Shown here piece by piece: positions 17,041 through 26,264 of a stretch of DNA of 49,809 nt. Each line of letters opens with the position of its first letter. Within the stretch, counting starts at the first letter, position 1. Source of the DNA: an uncultured Muribaculaceae bacterium (GTDB lineage: Bacteria; Bacillota_I; Bacilli_A; RF39; UBA660); the NCBI GenBank assembly GCA_964472425.1, contig CAYYLF010000002.1:1-49809 (forward strand), written 5' to 3'. The position numbers and the translations under genes were made by a program. A model generated the notes under the pieces. It did not search any database and had not been told where the DNA came from. It saw nothing but the letters and a program-made list of their open reading frames with translations.

Positions 17041-18396
17041 TCACTTTATTCCGATTTCTTCTTCGATGACCGCGGCAATCGCCTCGCAACAATCCGTAAT
17101 TTCGGCGATATCCCTTCCTTCCACCATGACGCGGATGAGATTCTCGGTCCCGGAAGGTCTCACGAGCACTCTTCCATCGCTACCTAACATCTCTTCGTTC
17201 TTTGCAATTTCCTTCGCGATTCGCTCGTTACTCGATAAAGATTCTTTTCCTTCGCGCGATACCTCGACGTTTTTCAAAACCGATGGATACTTTTCACAAC
17301 AGCTTGCTAGCTCGTGCAAGCTCTTGCCCGTTTCGCACATCACCTTGAGAACTTGCAAGGCCGTCAATTCTCCATCTCCCGTATTCGCATATTGCCTGAA
17401 TATTATGTGACCACTTTCCTCACCACCGAGAACGTAATCGTTTTCTAACATATTTTCGAGCACGTATCGGTCGCCGACCTTCGTCGACTCGAACCGAATT
17501 TCCTCGTCCTTGCAAAATTTTGCGAGTCCCATGTTCGACATGACCGTCCCGACTATGGCATTTCCCTTCAAAGAGTCTCTATCCTTCAAATATTTTCCAC
17601 ATATTGCGAGAATCTTGTCGCCATCGACAATCTCGCCCTTCGCATCGACCGCGAGACACCTGTCCGCATCGCCATCGAACGCAAAACCACAATCCAAACG
17701 ATTGTCGACGACGAATCGTCGTAACCCATCTATGTGAGTAGAACCGGCTCCATCATTTATGTTGTATCCATCCGGACTATCGTTTATGATTGAAACCTCG
17801 ACGTCCAAACTCGCAAACAACATGCGAGCCGTTTCGTAAGCCGAACCATTTGCCGTATCGACTCCAATTTTGAGCCCATTTATCTTTACTCCACTTAAAG
17901 TAGAAAGCAAAAAGTCGACGTAATCTTCTTTGTCAGATTCGATATAATCACAAACCCCGACCGTGTTTTCTTCCCTAGAAAGTTCGAAATTATCGTAAAT
18001 CGCGTCTTCGATTTCGGCTTCCAATTCGTCCTTCAACTTCATCCCGTTCTCGTCGAACACCTTTATTCCGTTGTACTTACTCGGATTGTGGCTTGCCGAA
18101 ACGACGAACCCTCCATCCAGACCGTACTTTTTTATGAGATGAGACACGGCCGGAGTAGGGATGACCCCAGCATCGACGACATCTGCGTTTTCGGATAAGA
18201 CTCCTGCAATTAAAGCATTACTCAAGACGTCCTTGGACGCTCTCGTATCGGTCCCGACCAAAAACTTTAACCTATGGTTATTGTTCTTCGAAAGCACTCT
18301 AGCCGTCGCCGCTCCGATTTTCAAAGCGAGTAGGGCATCCAACTCCGTTCCAACAATCCCACGAACTCCATCAGTCCCGAACAATCTTCCCATCAT
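17041..18396 (-). CDS. glmM: Phosphoglucosamine mutase
   Basis: GTDGVRG, SASHNPSKYNGIK (phosphoserine loop), DGDADR, GGEESGH. Confidence 0.95.
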   Translation of the reverse strand: MMGRLFGTDGVRGIVGTELDALLALKIGAATARVLSKNNNHRLKFLVGTDTRASKDVLSNALIAGVLSENADVVDAGVIPTPAVSHLIKKYGLDGGFVVSASHNPSKYNGIKVFDENGMKLKDELEAEIEDAIYDNFELSREENTVGVCDYIESDKEDYVDFLLSTLSGVKINGLKIGVDTANGSAYETARMLFASLDVEVSIINDSPDGYNINDGAGSTHIDGLRRFVVDNRLDCGFAFDGDADRCLAVDAKGEIVDGDKILAICGKYLKDRDSLKGNAIVGTVMSNMGLAKFCKDEEIRFESTKVGDRYVLENMLENDYVLGGEESGHIIFRQYANTGDGELTALQVLKVMCETGKSLHELASCCEKYPSVLKNVEVSREGKESLSSNERIAKEIAKNEEMLGSDGRVLVRPSGTENLIRVMVEGRDIAEITDCCEAIAAVIEEEIGIK

Positions 18397-19052
18397 ACAT
18401 CGTTCCTTTCGATTACATTATCCATAGACTTTACTATGCGATTGCCGGGCACGAATCCTCTAATCATCGTTAGAGGATACACTCTCGAATTCCGTCCGAT
18501 TACGGTCCCGGGATTCAACACGCAGTTGCATCCCACTTCGACATAATCGCCCAAGAAAGCCCCGACCTTGCGCAACCCAGTCTCGTGCACTTCCTCGCCA
18601 CATCGCATTGTCACGTTCGTCTTATCGCTCTTCAAATTAGAAACTATCACACCTGCACCTACGTGCGAATGACTTCCGAATATCGAATCTCCAACATAAT
18701 TGAAATGGGGCACTTGCATGTCGTCCATGAGAATCGAGTTCTTGATTTCACAAGAATTTCCAAGGACACATCTCTTTCCTATGATGACCGACCCGCGCAC
18801 GTACGCACAATGTCTTATTTCTGCACCTTCGTCTACGATGAGCGGACCATCTATGTGAGCAGTCTCGTCGACCTTTGCACTCTTGTGTATCCATACATCC
18901 TTGCAAGGACTCTCAAAATCCTCGCCCAGAGTCGGCCCGACTTTCAAAATGTAATCTTCGATATGTGGAAGAACCTCGTAAGGATATTCATACTCATCCA
19001 AAAGCGATTTAGAAATTGCGTTTATATCTTCAAACAAATTTTCTATCTTCAT
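18393..19052 (-). CDS. Left-handed beta-helix (hexapeptide) acyltransferase resembling the GlmU C-terminal domain
   Basis: Hexapeptide repeats (IDGPLIVDEGAEIRHCAYVRGSVIIGKRCVLGNSCEIKNSIL..VPHFNYVGDSIFG..VGAGVIVSN). ATGA overlap with glmM. The start is set at MKIENLF because the upstream 36 codons overlap the divergent promoter region. Confidence 0.65.
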   Translation of the reverse strand: MKIENLFEDINAISKSLLDEYEYPYEVLPHIEDYILKVGPTLGEDFESPCKDVWIHKSAKVDETAHIDGPLIVDEGAEIRHCAYVRGSVIIGKRCVLGNSCEIKNSILMDDMQVPHFNYVGDSIFGSHSHVGAGVIVSNLKSDKTNVTMRCGEEVHETGLRKVGAFLGDYVEVGCNCVLNPGTVIGRNSRVYPLTMIRGFVPGNRIVKSMDNVIERNDV

Positions 19053-19158
19053 AATTACCATCCTATCTAAGTCCATTATAGCAAAAGAAAAAGCCATATG
19101 CAAATTGCATTTGGACATCAAAACTGTTATAATAATTAACCAAAGGAAGGAAGAATTC

Positions 19159-20205
19159 ATGATGGAAAAGAAAATAGACTATTTAGGAATAAGGCATGTT
19201 TACGAAAGAGCCCAAAATAGACGAGGACTCGACCGATTAGTCCAAATATACTGTGCGACCACTTACGACGAGACACCGAACGAATGTGACCCCGTCTTGA
19301 AGAATATCGAAGTATCCGAGGATGCCATCAAAGAAATCTCCAACAATGGTCTTCTCGCACTCATCATAAGTGGCGCTAAACCGCAGGACGCTCTCTTAGA
19401 AGAAACTCTTACGAACCATAGTCGTACTGACAATGCTTTCTATCTTCTTTTTAGAAAGCTGATTACTGTCAAAACATTTAAAAAAACCATTCGACCAACA
19501 GAAAACTATAAAACCATCTCTCGTATAATATCTACTCTAGACTTAAGTTCTTTTGAAGGACTCGATATGAAGGAGTTAGAATCTGACCTCCTTTGGGAAT
19601 GGAATCCGACGAAATGTGACGCGACCAGGATAAATACGGCTTTGCTATTCTTAAAGCGTATCCCTTATAACGAATATCACTGTTCGCTCGCCATTCGCAT
19701 ATGCAAGACACTTCAAAAATCGGGAGATTCCAAAGAAAAAGAAACGGCTTTAAAGGAATTCAAGTACTTCATCGATAAACGAATTCCTTCGACTTTAAAA
19801 GGAAACGACCTCGTCGAAACCTTGTTCGCGCGACCAGACTATCAGAGTCTACTCGCAAATCTTCCCAAAGAAATGTCATTCAAAGCGGTCTTTTACGAAA
19901 ATGAAGAAAACGACTACGATAGCAAAGTCTCCGAACTCGCGAGCCTCATTTGCAAAGGAAATATTTCACATCCAGCCTTCGCTCTAGATTTTTTTAAAGA
20001 ACTGATGGATTACCGAATAACCATCTTAAATTACTGGGCCGCGAACGACATGGCTTTGGAATTGGATATCTATGGTCCGAACCTCATGTTGGGCACTTGC
20101 CCACAACCGGAGTTAGATGACATTTATATCGAAGAAAAAACCAAAAAAGGAACAATCGGCGAAGAAAAAAAACACGATTTGCAACCGGCCGACAAAAAAG
20201 GATAA
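19159..20205 (+). CDS. Hypothetical protein
   Basis: AAGGAAGG RBS before ATG 19159. 348 aa with no recognisable motif. Confidence 0.45.
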   Translation: MMEKKIDYLGIRHVYERAQNRRGLDRLVQIYCATTYDETPNECDPVLKNIEVSEDAIKEISNNGLLALIISGAKPQDALLEETLTNHSRTDNAFYLLFRKLITVKTFKKTIRPTENYKTISRIISTLDLSSFEGLDMKELESDLLWEWNPTKCDATRINTALLFLKRIPYNEYHCSLAIRICKTLQKSGDSKEKETALKEFKYFIDKRIPSTLKGNDLVETLFARPDYQSLLANLPKEMSFKAVFYENEENDYDSKVSELASLICKGNISHPAFALDFFKELMDYRITILNYWAANDMALELDIYGPNLMLGTCPQPELDDIYIEEKTKKGTIGEEKKHDLQPADKKG

Positions 20206-20206
20206 T

Positions 20207-21499
20207 TTATTTCAAAACCTTCCTTAGATTTATGACGTTCAAAGTGACGATTGTGAGAATATCCAATATCTCGCCTATGACGAGTCCGTAAAGGCCTATT
20301 CGCAAGAAACTGAATACCGTTATAGAAATCGTCTTGATGATTATTCCGCACGTGGCCGAACGGAATGCCAAATCCGTATGTCCGAGAGCCTGTAAAGTAG
20401 AGGATAGGGGCCCCTCCAAATTGTACAAGACGAACACCCCGGCCAATATTCTTATATATGTAGCCCCTTCGGTCGTCCCGTATATCAAATTGAGCAAGAA
20501 CTCGGGGAACAAAAAGACGATAGTATTAGAAACGAGTCCCAATACGAAGGACAACATCAAAGACTGCTTTAGCCGTCTTTTTATATTGCTACTATCTTTT
20601 TGCTCGTAAGACTTACTCACCTCAGGGACTAAAGCCGTGCTCACCGCTTGTATGATGAACGAAGGCATCATGAGCATGGGTACCACGTACGCATTGTATA
20701 TTCCGTATTCACCGACGATAAACTGGTTCGAGTAACCGACCGATTTCAACACGTAAGTCAAAATGATAGGTTCGAAAAAATACGCCACATTTCCGATGAT
20801 TCTTCCGCCTACGGTCGGAATACACAAATCCAAAACTTCCTTGGTCGTTCCAAAATCCGGCTTCAAATCTTCTTTCTCGATTGTAAAATTCTTCGGCAAA
20901 TAGAGTAGGAATATCACAATAGAGATAAACTCGCTCACGATGGAAAGCAAGATGAACCCGCACACTCCGTACATCGGACTCTCCCTTACGAGCCCCGGCA
21001 AGAACAACAAGATTATCACGAATCTGGCAATTTGCTCGATTATGTTCGACATCGTATGGGGCATCATTTTCTGTTTTCCGAAGAAATACCCTCGCAAGAT
21101 ACTCGAAATCGAAATGAACGGCAAGATGAAAGCCATCGACATTAAAGGATAACGAGCCGCCGGTTCATCGAGCAGATTGACTGCGATGTACTCGGCCGAG
21201 AAAATAATTGCAATCATCATGACCAAATTCAAGAACAAGGCGACCGGCACGACCGACATGACGATTTTCTTTCCTCGTTTATTTCCTCTCGCCACCAAAG
21301 TACTTATCGCCATCGGAAGTCCCAGCTGAGTTAAAGCGATGAGCAGGGAGTAGGTAGGCATGACTAAACTATAGAGATTTATCCCATCTGACCCGACTAT
21401 CCTCGTAAACGCGATTCTGATTAAAAAACCCATCGCCTTAGTCACCAATGAACCGATTAATAAAATAAAAGCACTTTTAAAAAATAGACTTTTCTTCAT
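20207..21499 (-). CDS. MOP-superfamily flippase (SpoVB / MurJ-like)
   Basis: Polytopic membrane protein. N-terminus KSAFILLIGSLVTKAMGFLIRIAFTRIVGSDGINLYSLVMPTY matches the SpoVB/MurJ pattern. Shorter (430 aa) than typical members. Confidence 0.7.
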   Translation of the reverse strand: MKKSLFFKSAFILLIGSLVTKAMGFLIRIAFTRIVGSDGINLYSLVMPTYSLLIALTQLGLPMAISTLVARGNKRGKKIVMSVVPVALFLNLVMMIAIIFSAEYIAVNLLDEPAARYPLMSMAFILPFISISSILRGYFFGKQKMMPHTMSNIIEQIARFVIILLFLPGLVRESPMYGVCGFILLSIVSEFISIVIFLLYLPKNFTIEKEDLKPDFGTTKEVLDLCIPTVGGRIIGNVAYFFEPIILTYVLKSVGYSNQFIVGEYGIYNAYVVPMLMMPSFIIQAVSTALVPEVSKSYEQKDSSNIKRRLKQSLMLSFVLGLVSNTIVFLFPEFLLNLIYGTTEGATYIRILAGVFVLYNLEGPLSSTLQALGHTDLAFRSATCGIIIKTISITVFSFLRIGLYGLVIGEILDILTIVTLNVINLRKVLK

Positions 21500-21533
21500 T
21501 CTAAGAAAATTTTATGCGACTACCAAATTTTTC

Positions 21534-21563
21534 TTGACAAAATTCGGGGGGGGGTGCTACAAT
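21534..21563 (+). promoter_or_regulatory. Promoter of paralog B with a G9 tract in the spacer
   Basis: TTGACA 21534-21539; G x9 21546-21554; TGC; TACAAT 21558-21563. Spacer is 18 nt. The flanks are homologous to 6843-6900. Confidence 0.6.
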
Positions 21564-21696
21564 AGGACTATAGAAGACTGTAGTTTCTTTTAATTGCTTA
21601 AGAAAAACGAGCGATTAGAGTATTATCAACCGAAAAAATATGTGGGCAGGAAGCCAGCCTTTTATGTACCCAAAATATGGAAAGAGGAAAAAAGTT

Positions 21697-22953
21697 ATGA
21701 AGAAAAAATTGGTAATAATTTTATCTGTATTGGTAATATTTGGCTTTGGAATATATGTCGGTAGGGGAACGAACCAACTCAAAAACATAACTAAAATACC
21801 ATCCAGTTCAAGTAGCATGATTGCGATGTACATCCAAGACGAGGAAGGAAACTATCAACTGAGCGATGCTCGCGAATTTCCGAAAGATGGGTATGTTCTA
21901 AATACTGAGAAAAGCAGTTGTAAGAATGGGGGCAAGATAACTCAAAATGCTAGTACTAAGGCTTTGAGTTTAAAGGTTAAGACAAGTGACGAATGTACGG
22001 TGTATTTCGATGTAGTGACGAGCGCAAATCCAAGTGCAGATATGTTGATTGCTAAAGCAAATGACTCAAGTATAACGACATATGCAACAGGGAACAAAAA
22101 AGAGATGTTTATTTTCGACCATCCGGAGGCAACTCAGACGACTGGATGGACCGATGAAGAGAGAAGAGACTACAGGTACATAGGAAATGAACCTAATAAT
22201 TATATAACATTCAACGACGAGACATGGAGAATAATAGGAGTATTTACAGTAGAAACTGAAACAGGAGATAAAGAACAATTGATTAAAATAATTAGAAATG
22301 AGTCCATAGAAAACCTCCCATGGGACTCAACTCGAAATGAATGGTCAACGGCCCAACTGCAAAAATTTTTGAATGAAGATTACTACAATAATGAAAACAG
22401 TTTTAAATATAACTACATCAATCAATATGGAAATTCACAAACTATCACTATTTCAAAAGGTTTAACTAGTTTAAGTCAAAAACAAATAATGAAATCAAAG
22501 TGGTATTTAGGAAGTGCAAGCAATAATCAAAACGGACAAGAATTATATATTACTGAAAGAGGAACTAGAACCTGTGTAACAACAGAACAATGTAGCGGAG
22601 AAACAAGAACGACAAGTATAATACAAAACGTAGGCTTAATGTATCCCAGTGATTATATATTTACATATGCTTATGGTGTAGATACAAAATGTTATTCCAA
22701 TGGAACAAATTGTTGGACTTCAAGTGGCGGTAATCCAAATAGTAGTTGGTTACTACACAAAGAATATCAAAATACATTGTCACCGTTTGATTATAATAGT
22801 ATCAGCATACTAGTTGTCTATTCTACGGGTGGTACATTTGCTCTTAGCGGTAAAGACAATAGAACTACACGGCCCTCTCTATACCTTTCTTCTTCAGTAA
22901 GAATAACCGGCGGCGACGGAAGCCAATCTAATCCTTACACGCTCGCCAATTAA
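21697..22953 (+). CDS. Anchored/secreted surface protein, paralog B (N-module + C-module)
   Basis: Same RBS, signal anchor and modules as paralog A. Ends RPSLYLSSSVRITGGDGSQSNPYTL. Confidence 0.75.
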   Translation: MKKKLVIILSVLVIFGFGIYVGRGTNQLKNITKIPSSSSSMIAMYIQDEEGNYQLSDAREFPKDGYVLNTEKSSCKNGGKITQNASTKALSLKVKTSDECTVYFDVVTSANPSADMLIAKANDSSITTYATGNKKEMFIFDHPEATQTTGWTDEERRDYRYIGNEPNNYITFNDETWRIIGVFTVETETGDKEQLIKIIRNESIENLPWDSTRNEWSTAQLQKFLNEDYYNNENSFKYNYINQYGNSQTITISKGLTSLSQKQIMKSKWYLGSASNNQNGQELYITERGTRTCVTTEQCSGETRTTSIIQNVGLMYPSDYIFTYAYGVDTKCYSNGTNCWTSSGGNPNSSWLLHKEYQNTLSPFDYNSISILVVYSTGGTFALSGKDNRTTRPSLYLSSSVRITGGDGSQSNPYTLAN

Positions 22954-22963
22954 CCCGAAAAAA

Positions 22964-22985
22964 TAGCATAGTCTGCTACTTTTTT
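22964..22985 (+). terminator. Weak terminator after paralog B
   Basis: TAGCA-tagtc-TGCTA then CTTTTTT. Confidence 0.45.
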
Positions 22986-23085
22986 GGAAAAATGTGATAT
23001 TTCTGCCAAGTATATCTAGAATTTCGTGATAAAACTCGTTGAAATAGACGGAATTTTGTGATAAATGCTTGTAGAGGTGAATGAA

Positions 23086-24423
23086 ATGCCAAGACTTAGA
23101 AGAAAAATAGATGCATTTTTGCTAAGTTGGAAAAACGATGAAAACAGACTTCCGCTCGTAGTAAAAGGGGCAAGACAGATAGGAAAAACCGACGCCATCG
23201 AAAACTTTGCGGCCAACAACTACAAGTACCTTGTAGATATCAACTTCGTACTAGACAAACAATACAAAGGCATCTTTGACGATGGATACGACGTGGACAC
23301 GATTATCAGAAACATCTCTCTCATCAATCCCAGATTTGAATTCGTTCCAAAAGAAACGCTCATCTTTTTCGACGAAATACAAGATTGTGCAAACGCAGCT
23401 ACTTCTTTGAAATCGTTCAACATACATGGCCGTTATGACGTCATTTGTTCGGGCTCGCTTATGGGTATAAATTATAACGAAATCGAATCTAATGCTGTCG
23501 GAAACAAACGAAATTACGAAATGTATTCCCTTGACTTCGAAGAATTTCTCTGGGCCAAAGGTTATAAAGAAGAACAAATCGAAGACATGTATTCCTACAT
23601 GAAAGAATGCAAGCCACTTCCCCAAATTATGTACGACGTCATGCTCGACAATTCCCGAGAATACATGGTCGTTGGAGGGATGCCTGCCATAGTAAATAGA
23701 TTCGTAACTCAAAAGAACTATAGTGGTATACTCGAAATGCAAAATCAGATACTCCTAGACTACAAAGAAGACATCACCAAATACGCCCAAGGTCTAGACC
23801 AGACTCGCATACTGAATGTCTATAACAAAATACCAGTTTTCTTGGGAAACGAAAACAAAAAATTCCAAATATCGAAAGTCGAACACGGGGCGAGAACACG
23901 CGAGTACATAGGTACAATCGATTGGCTCGACCGCGCTGGAATAATAAACATCTGCCACTGTCTCGAACAACTAGAGCTTCCCCTCAAAGCAAACTACAAT
24001 CCGGACAATTATAGAATTTACTTTAGAGATACAGGTCTACTAATCGCGTCACTCGACGAAGAATCTCAAATGGATTTGAGAAACAACAAAAACTTCAACA
24101 CATATAAAGGAGCTCTATACGAAAATATAGTAGGGGACATGTTAGTCAAAGCCGGCTATTCGCTTTACTTCTACAAAAACGAAAAAGGCACAATCGAAAT
24201 GGACTTCTTCGTAAGGGACGCCGATTCGCTCATCCCAATCGAAGTCAAAGCGAACGACAACAGTACTCCGTCGCTCAATAACTTGATAAACTCGGATTCG
24301 TTCAAAGTCATCAAATACGGAATAAAACTGTGCAACAAGAACATCGGCTTCAATGGCAAATTCTACACCTTCCCGTACTTTCTGACCTTCCTATTGAAAA
24401 GATATCTAAAAGAGAAAAAATAA
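23086..24423 (+). CDS. AAA ATPase of the COG1373 / DUF4143 type, copy 1
   Basis: Walker A GARQIGKT, Walker B LIFFDEIQ. C-terminal ..YENIVGDMLVKAGYSLYFYK....EMDFFV....IPIEVK nuclease-like tail. AGAGGTGA RBS before ATG 23086. Confidence 0.8.
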   Translation: MPRLRRKIDAFLLSWKNDENRLPLVVKGARQIGKTDAIENFAANNYKYLVDINFVLDKQYKGIFDDGYDVDTIIRNISLINPRFEFVPKETLIFFDEIQDCANAATSLKSFNIHGRYDVICSGSLMGINYNEIESNAVGNKRNYEMYSLDFEEFLWAKGYKEEQIEDMYSYMKECKPLPQIMYDVMLDNSREYMVVGGMPAIVNRFVTQKNYSGILEMQNQILLDYKEDITKYAQGLDQTRILNVYNKIPVFLGNENKKFQISKVEHGARTREYIGTIDWLDRAGIINICHCLEQLELPLKANYNPDNYRIYFRDTGLLIASLDEESQMDLRNNKNFNTYKGALYENIVGDMLVKAGYSLYFYKNEKGTIEMDFFVRDADSLIPIEVKANDNSTPSLNNLINSDSFKVIKYGIKLCNKNIGFNGKFYTFPYFLTFLLKRYLKEKK

Positions 24424-24484
24424 AACTATTGCCAAAAACGATGAGTTATTTGCTAAAGACTAACTCTTTTTTTCTTTTCTATGA

Positions 24485-24523
24485 TTTGTACAAAGTCGGA
24501 ATGCCATTCCAATTTTGTACAAA
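24485..24523. repeat. Imperfect 39-nt palindrome TTTGTACAAAgtcGGAATGcCATTCCaatTTTGTACAAA
   Basis: Read directly. Related to the palindrome at 25845-25879. Sits about 60 nt after the ATPase copy 1 stop. Confidence 0.85.
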
Positions 24524-24575
24524 AAAGTTTATTATTTCCGTATTATATGATATACTAATGCCGAGGTGAGATGAG

Positions 24576-25838
24576 ATGAAATACGTCAATAGAACTATGG
24601 AAAAAACACTAAAAAAATTTATAGGAAACTATCCTGTTATTTTAATCACTGGGCCACGTCAAGTAGGGAAAACGACACTTCTAAATTATTTATCCAGTAC
24701 TTCCAAGAAAAAAATAAACTATGTTACTTTAGATGACAAAATTGTAAGTGCTCAGGCAAGTGCCGATCCCGAGTTGTTTCTTAGAATGCACGAGACCCCT
24801 CTCGTAATAGACGAATTCCAGTATGCTCCAGAAATACTGTCGTATATCAAAATTCAAATCGACCAAGCGAGAAAAGATGCCATGTTCGGCAACAAAAAGG
24901 AAGTTGGCACACTTTATTATCTTACCGGTAGTCAGATTTTTGAAACGATGAAAGATGTGACAGAATCCTTAGCTGGAAGAATCGGAATACTGGATTTATA
25001 CGCCTTTTCGACGCGCGAACTCGAAAATTCTGAAGAAATACCTTTCGTACCAGATGTGCAAAAACTCAAAAAGAAAAAACAGGTTGATAGAGTATCCATT
25101 CCTAAATTATTCGAAAGAATACTGAAAGGAAGCTACCCAGAAATAAACTTTAACAAGAATATAAGTTTTGAAAATTATTTTAGGGATTACATTAGAACTT
25201 ACATAGAAAGAGATATAAGAAAGATAATAAACATCAAAGACGAAAACAAATTTATTCACTTCTTAACTTCAATTGCCGCCCGAACCGGACAAGAGTTTAT
25301 CGCTGAACACATAGGAAAAGAAATAGGAATAACGGGTAAAACTGTCGACGAGTGGCTATCGCTCCTCAAAAATACGGGTATAATTTACCTTTTAAAACCT
25401 TACTCGAATAACTTTGTCGCTCGTGCCATCAAAAGAGAAAAAATCTACTTTATGGACACAGGGCTTGCCTGCTATTTAACTGGCTACACCGACTCATCCA
25501 TCCTAGAAAAGAGTGCTTATAATGGCGCCATTTTCGAAACGTATATTATAAGCGAAATCGTCAAATCGTATGAAAATAATGGAATCGACCCCGACAGACA
25601 TCTATATTTTTATAGAGATAACCGCCAACAAGAAATCGATTTAATTGTAAACGACAATAATTTCCTTTATCCAGTCGAAATCAAAAAAAGCACCAATCCG
25701 AGTCGAGAAGCGACTAAAAATTTCGATGTTCTCAAAAATTCGGGGTACAATATAGGCAATGGAGTAGTGCTCTGCCTTTGTAAAGAAATCACGGCGATAG
25801 ACGACAACAACTATCGTGTTCCAATTGAATATATATAA
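24576..25838 (+). CDS. AAA ATPase of the COG1373 / DUF4143 type, copy 2
   Basis: Walker A GPRQVGKTT, Walker B LVIDEFQ. C-terminal ..FETYIISEIVKSY.......QEIDLIV......PVEIKKS. Confidence 0.8.
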   Translation: MKYVNRTMEKTLKKFIGNYPVILITGPRQVGKTTLLNYLSSTSKKKINYVTLDDKIVSAQASADPELFLRMHETPLVIDEFQYAPEILSYIKIQIDQARKDAMFGNKKEVGTLYYLTGSQIFETMKDVTESLAGRIGILDLYAFSTRELENSEEIPFVPDVQKLKKKKQVDRVSIPKLFERILKGSYPEINFNKNISFENYFRDYIRTYIERDIRKIINIKDENKFIHFLTSIAARTGQEFIAEHIGKEIGITGKTVDEWLSLLKNTGIIYLLKPYSNNFVARAIKREKIYFMDTGLACYLTGYTDSSILEKSAYNGAIFETYIISEIVKSYENNGIDPDRHLYFYRDNRQQEIDLIVNDNNFLYPVEIKKSTNPSREATKNFDVLKNSGYNIGNGVVLCLCKEITAIDDNNYRVPIEYI

Positions 25839-25844
25839 ACCACA

Positions 25845-25879
25845 TGTACAAAATTGGAATACCACTCCAATTTTGTACA
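25845..25879. repeat. Palindrome TGTACAAAATTGGA-N7-TCCAATTTTGTACA
   Basis: Perfect 14-nt arms starting 7 nt after the ATPase copy 2 stop. No T-run follows. Confidence 0.9.
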
Positions 25880-25960
25880 AACGTGATTAAACGTCAACTC
25901 CGACACACCCTTAGTAGATATTTCTTAGAAACTATAGTATAATTAAACAGGTGATACCCA

Positions 25961-26236
25961 ATGGATGGACTTACAAGCCAAGAAGAACTGTACAAGAAAG
26001 TCGAACCTGCTCTCAAAAGCAAGGTCAAAGACCTCACTCGAGTAGGGGTAAACTATGTCCAAAAAGCCGACGTCTGGAACTACCTCAAAAACAACGTATG
26101 GTGCAAAAAGACCAACCTCACCCTCGGTGAACTCGTAAACGACATCATGACTGTCACGAACACCGAACTCGAAATGTACGTCCAAGACCTCATGGCCAAA
26201 GGTATTCGCACGCGAGAAGACGACAATCTTCTCTAA
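25961..26236 (+). CDS. ComN/YrzD-like post-transcriptional regulator family protein
   Basis: VEPALKSKVKDL...VWNYLKNNVW......L.ELVNDIM pattern resembles B. subtilis ComN. 91 aa. Confidence 0.55.
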   Translation: MDGLTSQEELYKKVEPALKSKVKDLTRVGVNYVQKADVWNYLKNNVWCKKTNLTLGELVNDIMTVTNTELEMYVQDLMAKGIRTREDDNLL

Positions 26237-26264
26237 AACTATATATAAAGAGAGTTGAACTGAA

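Noticed and set aside
18393-19160. Full 255-aa version of the LbH acyltransferase ORF, and the 19105 start of the divergent gene
   Set aside because: The two extended ORFs would overlap head-to-head across the shared promoter region. Internal Mets with RBSs (19052 on the - strand; 19159 on the + strand) give sensible proteins.
24330-24569. 79-aa ORF (and 25641..25880 on the minus strand)
   Set aside because: They span the end of an ATPase gene plus the intergenic palindromes. Their similarity to each other (..FQFCT..) just reflects the repeated palindrome.
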